Assembly: GCF_006345805.1 (NCBI RefSeq)
Contig: NC_043005.1
Span: 83,576,001-83,640,000, forward strand
Length of the DNA: 64,000 bases
DNA from: Octopus sinensis
Lineage: Eukaryota
Direction of reading: 5' to 3'
The first letter of the stretch is position 1. Each line of letters opens with the position of its first letter. Under the pieces are notes generated by a model. The model did no database searches, was not told where the DNA came from, and saw only the letters and a program-made list of their open reading frames with translations. Below, piece by piece: positions 13,199-26,710 of the stretch. The position numbers and the translations under genes were made by a program.

Positions 13199-14758
13199 TA
13201 CTTTTGAGAATAACCTAACCATTACTTTGCATGCTCCAATAGGGACACTCCCAAAATCTAATGGAAACAAATTGAATGAGAGAGGGAGAGAGAGAGAGAG
13301 AGAGAGACAGACAGGCCCAGAGATACATAGACAGAGAAAGCCATATCCAGATTGTTATTTGTCACACTGCACCAAAGACTATATCTAAACTGACTCTATT
13401 GGTCAACAAGACATTGGAATGGAAAATGGAATATCCAAAACTATGGATCTCTGATTAAGATCTATTCTTTTGAGTGGTTACTCACTTGATAGAGGTCTTA
13501 TTGGCCAGACAAAACGATAATGATTTCTAATTTAAGCACAAGGCCAGTAAATTGGAAGGATAGGAACCAGTTGATACCATTACCCCTTTGTCCTTGGCTG
13601 GTACTTTATTTTATTGACCCCAAAGGAATGAAAGGCAAAGATGACTTCAGCAGGATTTGAGCTCAGAATGTTTAGAGCCAGAAGAAATAACACATGTCTT
13701 TTTGCCTGACACTCTAATGATTCTGCCAAACAATAATGAATAAAATACAAAATCACTCACTTAAGACACACACTCACAATTACTATCATCATCATCATCA
13801 GTTTAATGACCAATTTTCCATGCCTGCATGTGATGGATAGAATTTGTTGTGGCAGACTTTTTTTTTTGGTTGGATGCTCATCCTGTCACCAACCCTCACC
13901 AACTTCCAAGAAAAATATTTCTCCCAGTCCGGACATATTTTCACAGAAGATTGGAAATGAAGAATACTGCTTATACGATGGTGATGCTCATTTACAAGGA
14001 TCAAACAATCTCAAGATAATAACACACACACAATCACACACATGCACACACACACACACACCTCTCCCTGTTTATTTCTGTGTTCCTTTCTGTCAATGAG
14101 CATAGGCTCGAAACGTAAAAGATTTTCTCTTTTCCCGAATGTTAAACTAATACATGTTTGTTGTTTGCACACCCGTCTTTGTCTTATATTTTTTTGTAAA
14201 TTCTCACTACATATACACATACATATATATACACACATACATACATACACACATACATACATATAAACATACATACAAACACATACATACAAACACATAC
14301 ATACAAACATACATACATACATTTATGCATGTACACACATACACATAGGTTTCCTTCAGTTTCTGTCTACAAAATTTGCTTGCAAGACTTTGGTCAGTCC
14401 TGGACTAAAGAAAAAGACATTTGCCCATGTTATCAGACAATGGGACTGAACCCTAAACTGCATGGATGGCAAGAGGAAATTTCTTAACCACAGAGCCATG
14501 TCTGCAGCTTTGTATTTAGCCAAAAAAGAAAGAAAGAAAAAAGACAAAAGAAAAAGAAGAAAAAAGAAAAAAGATTAAAACAGCCATCTGTATATCATAC
14601 TTAATGTGAACACATCACAAAAGGCAAATTTACTGTAGTATTCATCCTGTGATAATATCACTCATGGACGTACTGTGTTTTAAATAAAACACATCAGTAG
14701 GAGATATAAAATATAATACATAGATGGCTATTAAAAAAAAAAAGGAGTTATATTTTAC

Positions 14759-14950
14759 CTTTACAGAAGTTTCTGGCAAATAGTGGGGGTTCCTCAGTTT
14801 TGTTGTCATGTAGAACTTGAAATCATTGCTGTATTCAATAGTGCTGTCACCCAGACGGATACACAATGTACCACCTTGTTTAAATGTCTGCTTCAGTAGA
14901 AGGGGTTCAAGCATTGGGTCAATTTCTTCACCAATATTTTCCACTAAAAC
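14759..14950 (-). CDS. DNAH7: Exon 19 ([12 protein letters not shown]...[12 protein letters not shown])
   Basis: tcag acceptor, GTAAA donor, 192 nt, phase 0-0. Confidence 0.95.
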
Positions 14951-15346
14951 CTGACCATCAAACAAATTACAAATGAGCAACAACAAAAAAGTAATGAAAC
15001 AAACAACTGAAAGTACGCACCTTCTAAAGTATCAGGCATGGTAAGTCCATATTACTCTATAAGGAGCAGAGGGCCAGTTTCCCAGTTTCTCTGATGTATA
15101 CATTCCTCCCTGGATGGAATGCCAGTCTGTTGCAGGACTACTCATTATTACCAGGTGAGTGGACTGGAGTATCATGAAATGAAGTGTTTTGCTCAAGAAC
15201 ACAATGCCTCACCCAGTCCAGGAATCAAAACCACAATCTTATGATCAAGAAGTACAATACCCTAACCACTAAGCTATGCACCTCCACAAAGTACCAGGTA
15301 CTCCATATATCTCCTGTACTGCAAGAAACTTGTTGCTTGGCAAGAC

Positions 15347-15755
15347 GGCGAGCTGGCAGAAATGTTAGCATGCCAGGCGAAATGCTTAGCGGTATTTTGT
15401 CTGCCGCTACGTTCTGAGTTCAAATTCCACCGAGGTCGATTTTGCTTCTCATCCTTTCGGGGTCAATAAATTAAGTACCAGTTACGCACTGGGGTAAATA
15501 TAATCAACTTAATCTGTTTGTCTGTCCTTGTTTGTCCTCTCTGTGTTTAGTCCCTTGTGGGTAGTAAAGAAATAGGTATTTTGTCTGCCATTACGTTCTG
15601 AGTTCAAATTCCGCTGAGGTCGACTGCCTTTCATCCTTTTGGAGTTGATAAATTAAGTACCAGTTGCGCACTGGGGTCGATGTAATCGACTTAATCCCTT
15701 TGTCTGTCCTTGTTTGTCCCCTCTATGTTTAGCCCCTTGTGGGTAATAAAGAAAT
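15347..15755 (+). mobile_element. SINE family 1 (GGCGAGCTGGCAGAA head; GCCTTTCATCCTTTCGGGGTCGATAAA central domain), dimeric copy
   Basis: Head plus two tandem bodies, flanked by a 24-bp TSD (15323-15346 / 15756-15779). Confidence 0.85.
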
Positions 15756-17138
15756 AAGAAACTTGTTGCTTGGCAAGACTAAAGAGTCTTCTCGGTGCTA
15801 CAGTGTCTTTGCTCAATTCATCAAACATTTTATCAAGGCACCAGCACTAATGAGGTCACCCTGTCACCTTGTAGCCAGACTCAAAAGAGCCTACACTAGT
15901 CTAAGAGAGAGAATAAAAGAAAGGATGATGAAAGAAGTTGAAGTTGTGTTTCCCTATAGAGGGAAAGAGAAAGTGTGAAAGGAGAAACAGATATATTGGT
16001 GTGAGGCAGAGGTAACAACAAAAACAACAACAATCCCTTCGGCTACCTGCACACAGCCTGAAATTTTGTGGAAAGGGACTAGTCATTTACATTGACACCA
16101 GTGCTCAACTGATACTTATTTTATTAACCCTGAAAGGATGAAAGGCAAAGTTGACGTTGGCTACATTTAAACTCAGAACATAAAGACAGACGAAACCCTG
16201 CTAAGCATTTTGTCTGGTGCAATAATTGATCTGCCAGCTCACTGCCTTAATAATAATAATGAGCTTATTGTATACAGAGCTCATGTGCACTACAACATAC
16301 AGTGCTTTGGTGCATTACAATAAACAATGCTCAGGTGCACTACAACACACTGCTCTACTCCATACAACATGCAGTACTCCACTCGTACTCTATCATATAG
16401 ATGCACACTGCATTGCACTTCAAGTGAAGTACGCTTACTTTATTTCTAGCTTGTCTTTGTAAAGGCCTAAGTTTCACTACAATCCAGCATCTGTACTCTA
16501 AACTACACTATACTTTAAGTACTCAACATTTGTGTCTTGCTAATAGTGTCAGGTCACTTGTGAGGTCTCTCATGAGTGTTGCTGGTAACATGGGATCCAG
16601 CACAACCTGCTGCATGGTCAGATTGTCAGTCACTAAACCAGCAATCCCACAAAATTGCTTGGTGAGGAGGGTTGCTAGAAGCCCAGCAGGACTGAAAACA
16701 AGACCTGTCAAAAGGACCGATGAACTTAGTATAGGTTTAATGACTATTTAGCAATTACATGGACCCATAATTCCATACTGGTGTCTGACATGCTGGAAGA
16801 CCACAAGGAGCGAGGCACCCTTTAGCTTTTGTTAAAGCATGTCCCTAGAACCTGCTTCAAACCCAGGCTATGCCTACTCTGGTAATTGGTAGAGACTTGG
16901 TCAATGAATCCTCTGTGATGATCAATGATTAACTGCAAGATGAGCTATGGATCACATTATCCCAAAGTGTGTATGCATGGGATCAGGAACACGGGTGAAC
17001 TTGTTTTTCCACTGTAACTCTGAACATGAATGAATTCATTGGTTGGAGCTTGTTCAACCCACCCCAGATTAATGCCACTGTAAGTACACAAAAGTAAGTC
17101 TGGCTCAGTATGTCAAAGAATAGAAAAACTTCACTTAC

Positions 17139-17292
17139 AGGTGTTCCAAATTGAATGCAATTCTCAAGCGTTCTGTTGAAATCTGAGTCACTGGTTTTAA
17201 CAACACTTAGATTGTTTGCCTTTTCCATATTTTTGATCCATTTGTTAGCTTGTCCTTGAGGATCTATCATCAATGGCCACCTTCGAGCATTA
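17139..17292 (-). CDS. DNAH7: Exon 18 (NARRWPLMIDPQGQANKWIKNME...IQFGTP; AAA5)
   Basis: tgcag acceptor, GTAAG donor, 154 nt, phase 2-0. Confidence 0.95.
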
Positions 17293-19383
17293 CTGCAAAG
17301 AAAAGAGGACATCTTAAATGATTGCAGTGAAAGTAAATATAAGGACATGTGAAGAAAAAAACTTGTCAATAAAGGAATGTCTTCAAGTGGTCACTCAACA
17401 GGCTAGAAGCAATGGCCTAATGCTCTTCAAATTACACACCAAGATAAAAAAAATCATCATCACCACCACCACCATCACCATCATCATCATCTAATGTCAA
17501 TTTTCCATGCTAGCATGGGTTGGACTTATTGGATATATATAATCCAGAATAAACTATTTCAGCAATAAGATGGGATAATCAGACTGGAACACCATCTGTC
17601 ATAGTTTTGCTCAATCAGGTTTGACCTGGGGTTAAACAACAACAACAACAATATGAGAAATACAAGTATTCCAAACATGACAGATTGTGTGAACCCTTGA
17701 ACCTTTGATTGGTGACCTTCACTTTATGGAAATGTTTTAAAACGACCACCTGGTCTTTGAGTGCTGCTGTTTAGTAATCTCCTTTGTTGCAAGCAATCAA
17801 TGCAGAGCTGTGATTAGAGGATAACCTAATTTCATGACAGATAGGCCATTGCTTCAACAGTAACTTATGAATCATAGTCCACTCCAACATACCATTTACC
17901 TCAGCTTCCACAAACTGTCATGGTCACTACTCTTTCTCTTTGGATGAAAATTTACAAAGAAAGGAAAAAAAATTACCTCTACACTCGAACTAGTTTCCCC
18001 ACATTCTTCTTCTTTTATATGAATTACCTGCTTCTCTGTCATTGCTTTATACTTTGAAGCAGATAACATCATTTGTACTTATGCATTCAGAGCTTATCCA
18101 AACACAACATCAATGATTTTTGGTAACAATGTACTTGTTCCACAAAAGTAAACTTGAAGAAAACTTCTTGCATTTGCTTGAGGAATAATTGGCAACGTAA
18201 TCTCACTTAACAGCCCCAAAACACACTCAGAATACAGACTAAGAAAACTTACCAGCATCACTTTTTATATGGTCACTCAACCTGCATCCAAATCTCCCAT
18301 AAAATAAACCCTGCCATCTTAAAAAAATAAGGCGGTACACATTGAATAATGTCATCTCCTAGATATAAAATGGTTGGGAAAAAAAAAGATGGATCTCTAC
18401 ATGACCACTTGGCCAACTAGAAACAGTAGCCTAACATTCAGCAAATTTTCTTCATAAGTACAGGTGTGGCTGTGTGGTAAGAAGCTTGCTTCCGAACCAC
18501 ATGGTTCAGGGTTCAGTTCCACTGCATGATATCTTGGGCAAGTGTATTCTACTATTGCCCTAAGCTGACCAAAGCCTTGTGAGTGGATTTGGTAAACGGA
18601 AACTGAAAGAAGCCTGTCGTGTGTGTGTGCGTGTCTGTCTGTTTGTCTGTCTGTGTGTCTGTGTTTGTCCTCCACCAACACTTGACAACTGGTGTTGGTT
18701 TATTTACATCCAAGTAACTAAGCAGTTAAGCAAAAGTGAGTTATGAAATAAATACCAGGCTTTACAAAAAAATAACTATTGAGGTCAATTGTTCACCTAA
18801 AATTCGTCAATGAGGTGCCCCAGCATGGCCGCAGTCTAATGACTGAAACAAGTGAAAAACAAAAAATCCCAAGATTAAAAAATAAAAGGAAGAGAGAAAT
18901 GAATGAATGAATGCTGTCTTTATATGACGTAATAAATAAAACTATTTTAGAAATAAGATGGGTTGGTGAAGTGTAACATGCTGTCCGATTAAGACTTCTC
19001 TGCTCATGACCAGAGATGCACTTATTGTCAGTAACTAAGGGACATGTTCAACTGGTTACGGTCAAGCAACTGACAAGCAAATCTGTGGTCTTGAGCAGAA
19101 TATATGCCATAACAATATTTCTGCTTCAGCAACTCAAGGCTGAATTTGTCTGAAATGTAATGGAAAATAGGTCAGTTTCAAAACATTGATATCCCAGTCA
19201 GAAAAGCAAAGTGTGAAGGGAATAGTAGTCATTTCCTTTGGTTTCAAGACAGAAACAAATAGGAGATAACACTGACTGATCAAAGACAAAAAAAACCAAA
19301 ACATTGTTATGCTGTGTTATAGCTCCAAACCAGCCAAAGCTTTGTGACTGGATTTGGGAGATGGAAACTGAAAGGAGATTGTC

Positions 19384-19620
<237 letters not shown>

Positions 19621-22420
19621 CTGTGTGTATGTGTGCATCTGCACACATACATATGGGGGTGGGTATGTGTGCATGGGAGTGGGGCCCATGCAGCCATTTC
19701 ATTTTTTCCATTTTTATATAACATTCATCTTCATTCGTTTTATGTTTAATGTCCCTACTGTGGTGTTGTGTCTGTCCTTGTAGTGTCCCCTTCTGTGTTA
19801 GTGGCCATGGTGCCAAATAAGGAAAGAAAAGAATGTGTGTATGGGTGTGCCCACTTGTCATGACATCATACAATGATTGTAAAAGGATTTTGTTTGTTCT
19901 GAATCTTCCATGGAAAACATGTCTGGTCATGGGGAAACATCAGTTTGCTTGGAAACAGGTCAAGGTTGTCAAAAGAAAGGGATTCTGGTTGTAGAAAATC
20001 TAACTAAAAAATTCCATCTGACCCATGCAAGCATGGAAAAGTGAAGATTAAAACAACGGTAGTGGTGTTGATGATAATGATATGAAGGTGGAACACCTTT
20101 GGTCAATGGTCTGCTCAGTAAGACTAACCTTGGGCTAAACAACAACAACAAGTCCTGAATAATACACAGCAAAAATTACAAAATTTCTCAATTAATGCTT
20201 GATTTTAAATATCTCACAACAAAACAAAGCAGCAAGCTGACAAAGTGGTTAGCACACCAGGTAAAATGCTTAGCAGTATTTCATCTGTCTTTATGTTCTG
20301 AGTTCAAATTCTGCCAAGGTCAACTTTACCTTCCATCCTTTTGGGGTTGATAAAATTAGTCGCTGTAATCGACTCATTGCCTCCCCATACTCGCTGGCCT
20401 TGGGCCAAAACTTGTAAGCAATATGTAACAACAGAACCAACATAAGAGTCTCTGGACAATTTGCTAGAAAAAGCAAATTTGCTAGAAAAAGCAGCAATAT
20501 TTCCCTCAAAACACACTTCACTGTTCTATAAATGGGAAGGCACATTGGATGACATAATGCTGTCCTAAAATAAAGATGGGAAGGTCAAGGATGGAACAAC
20601 TTTGGTTATAAGTTTGTTGCATTAGAGCTGAACTAAAAGCTAAACATCAGCAACAAGACACTTTAGTGTACTCTCTCTCCCTCCCCCCTCTCTCTCTCAC
20701 CACAATAAGAATTTCCAGCTAGTTTTGAAATGGAAGCACTCTTATTTAGTCTTAAAGACATTGATTTTGGTTAATCTTAATCTTTTAAGTGTTGTAAGAT
20801 AAATCTGCTTACAAAAATGTTCCATAACCAATAAATATTATTGATCAATTTTCTTTAAACCAAATATAATTTCTCTCTCTCTCTCCCCTGCTTCTTTGCT
20901 GCTGGGTTTAGATAGTCTGGTATAAAAGCAAAATTGTGTCACTGCTGTATCTGTTTAACACCAAGTTAACCCTGAACAGACAGATCTATGACCAAAATCG
21001 CTCCAGTTGTGACCATCACCTCTTTCTTTCAGACATAGTATATCTAGAACTACGCTTATCCAGTATTTTCTTGGCCCCCACATTTTTTACTAAAAAAAAA
21101 AAAAAAATTTGAGCGAGGTCATTGCCAGTGCCACTGGACTGGCTCCTGTGCAGGTGGCACGTACAAAAACACCATTTGAGCATGGCCATTACCAGTACCG
21201 CTTGACTGGCACTCGTGCCGGTGGCATGTAAAAGCACCCACTACACTCTTGGAGTCGTTGGCATTAGGAAGGGCATCTAGCTATAGAAACTCAGCCAGAT
21301 CAGATTGGAGCCTAATGCAGCCATACTCAGTCAAATCGTCCGACCCATGCAAGCATGGAAAGCGGATGTTAAATTATAATGATGATGATGATGAATTGGC
21401 AGTATTTTAAAAATAGATTTGGTTGCTATTTTTAGCAACACAAGCCACCACTTAAAGGTTACCACTGTTTTCTTTTTAACCTTATGAGGCTTAAATATTC
21501 ACAACAGGAACATGATTCAAATGATTCTAAAGAATCAATCTTTTCTGACAACAATCACAATTATCAGCAGTGATGATGCTGTTGTTGTTGTTCTTCTTCC
21601 AATTAGGACTCATGCCATTAGCCACAAAGAATAATCTCTAATTCAAGCCTACTCTAAGCTACTAAGAATGCGTGTGGCAACTTGAAGATCCACTCTCCAC
21701 ACGTGATAGACTGGCGGTTGCATGGGCGCGAAAGCTACGTTGTTATCCTCATTCCGTAAACGGTGGCTTTTAATGGGTGGAGAGCTGAACCACTTTGAGG
21801 TACAGAGGATTCGCAATCTAGACTAGCATCTGAAAGTTTACCACACCATAGTGGGCTACACCATGGTTCCTCTGCTTTGTGGCAGAAGTAGGAAGAAAGA
21901 GTGAGGGGAAAGTTGTGGTGAAAGAGTACAGCGAGTTTCACCCCCACCCCTCATCCTGCCGAAGCCTCGTGGAGCTTAGGTGTTTTTGCTCAATAAACAC
22001 TCACAAAGCCTGGTCTGGGAATCGAAACCGCGTTCTTACGACTGCAAGTCCGCTGCCCTAACCACTGGGCCATTGCGCCTCCACTGATGCAGTTGTTGGC
22101 CTTTGACACTCACATCAGCATTGTCATTATTGTCACCATGTCTTTGTCCACTTGTCCCATGCTGGTCTGAATTGGATGAGGACTTGCTGAGGAAGTCTTC
22201 TCTGGCCAGATGTGCTTCCTGTTGCCAACTTTTACTTGTTTCTCAAGTATGAATGCCTATGACCAGAATGATGAAAAGGCAATGACTACCTTGGTAGAAT
22301 TTGAACTTTGAATGTAAAGATCCAAACATTTTATTCAATGCTTTAACAATTCTGTCAATCTAGGAAAATCAATAAATAATAATTCTGTCAATGTAGGAAA
22401 ATAATAATTTTGGTTCTCAC

Positions 22421-22584
22421 GTAATTATGATGGCATTTTCAATAGAAAATGTGTCAGTTGGTAGACCATTGATATTCCATTCACGGATCTTCACTGGTTC
22501 TCCCAGAGTGTGTACCAAAGAGAAATCATCAGAACAAGGGAGTCCACTTTCTTTGATTTCTTTCACCCAGAAATGGATTTGATC
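22421..22584 (-). CDS. DNAH7: Exon 17 (LGEPVKIREWNINGLPTDTFSIENAII)
   Basis: ttcag acceptor, GTGAG donor, 164 nt, phase 0-2. Confidence 0.94.
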
Positions 22585-23928
22585 CTGAAGACACACACAC
22601 ACACACAAAAAGAAAACAAAATAGATAAAAATAAAAAATGAAGAAACTACAGTGAGCAAGACAAAATTAATTAAAACAAAAGAATAAAAACACAAGAATT
22701 ATTTTCATTCTCAAATCTATCACTGCTGTTATCAATGACCCAATCAACAAACCAACAAAAGAGCCTCTATATGGTCACTCAATCTACAAGAAATAACAGC
22801 CAAATCTCCTGCACATCACATACTAGCATTAAAATAAAAGATGTGACACACTGGATGGTTATGGTTAAATGCATATTGATTATCGGTTGTCTACTTAAGT
22901 AGCACAAACTTGAGGCCCTACCACATCAACATCCCTATAATCATCATTACCATCATCATCACAATCACTACTATCATATTGAGGCTATTACCAATATTAT
23001 CTTCCTCATAAACCACTTTTGTTAGTTTCAAAAGTTCAACAAAATTTATCTCAATTTTCTTCTAAGCCTAAAAAGTAAATTCTTTGTGCAATTAATTCTT
23101 AATTTCTTGAAATTATCTCCCCCTATCCTTTGAGAGCTACAAACAATTACTCTCAGGTTTTTCTTTCCTTCTACAATCAAAAATCCTATTGAAAATCTTT
23201 TTTGAATACCTCATTCAGTGGATCAATACCCACCTGAATTATCTGCATTCCTGTCATGGGGCCCACTTAATTCCTTTATCTTATGTTTTGTAACTTATGT
23301 AAATTATACTGACCAGTGAAGGCACATATCCTAGTGGTTAGGGAATTTCAATGACAATGCATTGGTCAGCTGGAGGATGCAGTCATAATTGTGCTTATGC
23401 GTAGATGTTTAGGAGTGAAAAATAAAATGAGAACTGCTCCCATTCCCTGAAGCAATTAGCAATTAGCAATTAATTTTACTACTTCACTGAGATTACATCA
23501 TCCTCATTTAACATCCATTTTCTGTGTTGGCATAGGTTGGATGGCTAGACCAAATCGGGAAGTTGCATTAACTTTCTGTCTGATTTGGCTTGGTATCTTT
23601 GGCTTGATGCCCTTCCTAACAACCAACAACTTTGCAGTGTGTGCTGGGTGCTTTTAACATGCCACCAGGACAAGTGCATTTATGTGACACTAGTATGAGT
23701 GCCTTCTATGTGGCCCTGACACAGGCATGAGTGCTTATCATGTGGCACTGGCACAAGTGGTTTTTATGAGGCACTAACACAGTACATACAATGGAATTAA
23801 GATTTAGTCAATGATCATAAACACTATTGTTCTCTGTATGCGAACGCTCTTTCTTCAGAGGTTCACAAACAAATCAGTTATGTTTAGATTCTAACATAAG
23901 GTGTATCAGTGAAAACATGATTACTTAC

Positions 23929-24043
23929 AAGTCTATAAGCTGACGTGAAGGCTCCCAAGTAAGCAACGACACCAGCTGATATCAAAACATCACCTGTTAG
24001 GTTTGTATACTGGACAGCAAGACTCTCAGCAGCGACATTCCAT
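23929..24043 (-). CDS. DNAH7: Exon 16 (WNV...LTGDVLISAGVVAYLGAFTSAYR)
   Basis: Manual translation. ttcag acceptor, GTAAG donor, 115 nt, phase 2-0. Confidence 0.93.
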
Positions 24044-24228
24044 CTGAAATAGTTACCTTATATGAATAACACTGATGTAAGTGCTAAAAACACTATCAAA
24101 CCATCTCTCCCACTCAGTACGGGCAAACAAAAAAAAAAAAAACAAATACACACATAAACAATTGTAACATCAACAGCCTTAGTAGCTCTATCCACCCCCA
24201 AAGAAACTTTTGTGCACAACATCAATAA

Positions 24229-24597
24229 TCTCTCTATATATAAAGCTGAAGTTGTCTGTGTATGGCAGGTTTGGTAGCCTTCAACTAACACTATATCTTC
24301 CGAGACCCTGCGGCGCAAGTTGACCAAAATTGAGAGTATGATAGAAGAAGGCTTGCTCTTCATTCCGTAGAAGAAAAAAATTCAAATTGGACCATGTTAA
24401 CACCAAAAATTATTTACATAAAAAAGGTGCTTTTTTTTTCTATGAAAATCCCTATTTTTTACGATTTTTTTACTGCTGTGCCACTATTTTTCGGTGTATT
24501 TCAACCAGAAAAATGTTCACTTAAAGAGAATAACAAGCTACATAATGCAAAATTTTTACTTTTCAAAAATTCCAATTCTAAAGGGTGGTACTGCTAG
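24229..24597 (+). mobile_element. Non-autonomous Helitron-like element
   Basis: Begins A|TCTCTCTATATATAAAG and ends CTAG|T (insertion between A and T); no clear subterminal hairpin. Confidence 0.6.
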
Positions 24598-25956
24598 TTC
24601 TTTATAATTCTTTCTAATTGTGGCACAAGGTCTGCAATTATGAGGGGAAGGGGAAGCTGATTACATCAATCCCTGTGCTGAACAAGAATTTTATTGACCC
24701 TGAAAGGATGAAAGGCAAAGTTTATCTCAGTAGTATTTGAACTCAAACAGTAAAGAGCAAGTAAAAATGTCTCTAAGCATTTTGTCCAGTGTGGTAATGA
24801 TTTTGCTAGCTCATCACCTTTAATAACACCAAAAATAAGAGTAGAGGAACATCAAGTGCTGAGTTTTATCAGATTGAGTCCTTCATCCTCATGCATGTAC
24901 CTCTGTTGTGGCCACCACTAGAATTAACAGACATTGAGATATAAACTGGACAAGTGAGGTGAGGAGTACAGCATGCCAAGGTGGTTGCACTGCACCTCAG
25001 AAGACTTTTGCATTGCATGTTGGAACATGCATCACTGCATACTAGCAATTGAAAAGACAGAGAGAGGAAAAAGATAGCATGGCTGTGGGCCAGAGGCTGG
25101 CGTGTGTTGATACACAAAGAAATACCAACTACAATAGCATACCTATCACCAAAGTTATGAAATTAATTCGGTGAAAGAACCTAAATATTTTACAGGCAGT
25201 GAGAGATATAAAATGGTTGGAATTAAGAGCATTGATATCTATCAAATGCCTTCTTTATATTCCAGGATAAAAGAGGAAAGTAACACCTCAGTTTTCACCC
25301 TTTATGACCTAATTGCAATTAAATAAGGAAGGGAAGGAGGGGCAGCCAGGAATGTAGCACAAATTAATCCAAAGACCCAATGATGTGACATTACCATCAC
25401 AGCAACCCACTACCACCACCACAGCTGCCACTTTCTCATCCATCATCTCTCCCATGATCATAATTTCCTCTGCTCTTTGTCAAAGTCCTCATCATTTCTC
25501 TTTTGAGTTTCCTGTTTGTCATACATCTTTTCTATTCTAATAGCTTCTTTCCTTGAACTGCCGCTCTCCGGAACTCATTGCCATCATCTTTTCCTCTGAT
25601 CTATGATGTTCAGTCCTTTAAACTTTGAAGGTATAGGCCCTTTCTTTTCCTTCTTTATAGTCCCTTACACTATAGCAGCCTCAAGCCTTGTTTGGGACAA
25701 ACTGTATTAAAAAAAAAGCATATCCAGCTGCTCTGTTCAATAACTTCATAATATCTTTACTGTTTTGGCTACCATCACCCATTAATCAGCTTTCATTAAT
25801 CCAGTTCTTTACATTTTATGTAAAAGCTAAAATTTTCCAAACGGTACAAACTCAGTTTCTATAACACACATGCAAGTATGCATGCACACACAAACACAAA
25901 CCTGAAGTCAAGTTCAAAATAATTGTTAAATTATAAACTCCATTCATAAGCATTAC

Positions 25957-26208
25957 CTATCTTTCTCTCCTCCCAGGCCACCAATCAACTGCTCTGCTCT
26001 TTCCAGCTTTTTTGTGCACAAATCTACTTGGTTTTCCAAGTCTGCTTTCTTCTGTTTATTACTTTCCATTTGTTGGTTTAACTTATCGAGTCTGTCCTGT
26101 ACAGCTTTTAATGAAGCCCTCTTTTTATCCAAAGATTCTTTAGCAATTCTAAGCTCTTCTTCAGCTTTCTTAAGCGTTTCTATTTTGGGAGCAACTTCTT
26201 TGATAACT
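25957..26208 (-). CDS. DNAH7: Exon 15 (VIKEVAPK...KLERAEQLIGGLGGEKD)
   Basis: Manual translation. tgcag acceptor, GTAAT donor, 252 nt, phase 2-2. Confidence 0.93.
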
Positions 26209-26309
26209 CTGCAGAAAAAAAAAGAAAGCAGTTAAATAAAAAAATGAGAACTCAACAATATTCTTTTCTGCTCTAGGTCTGAAATTTTGGGGGAGTGTGT
26301 GTGTGGGGG

Positions 26310-26650
26310 GCAGTCGATTAGATTGACCCCAGTACGCAACTGGTACTCAATTTATCAACTCCGAAAAGAATGAAAGGCAAAGTCAACCTTGGCAGAATTT
26401 GAACTCAGAACATAAAGACAGATGAAGTACCTATTTCTTTACTACCCACAAGGGGCTAAACACAGAGACAGACAAATGGATTAAGTCAATTATATTGACC
26501 CCAGTGCGTAACTGGAACTTATTTAATCGACCCCAAAAGGATGAAAGGCAAAGTTGACCTCGGCGGAATTTGAACTCAGAACGTAGCAGCAAATGAAATA
26601 CAGCTACGCATTTCACCTGGCATGCTAACGCTTCTGTCAGCTTGCCGCCT
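26310..26650 (-). mobile_element. SINE family 1, partially dimeric copy
   Basis: Head at 26650; body repeated after AAAGAAATAGG junction. Confidence 0.8.
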
Positions 26651-26710
26651 TTGAGCTCAAAACAATATTAATCTGCAAATAGTATTTATTTGAACTGTAT
26701 TTAATCTTTT

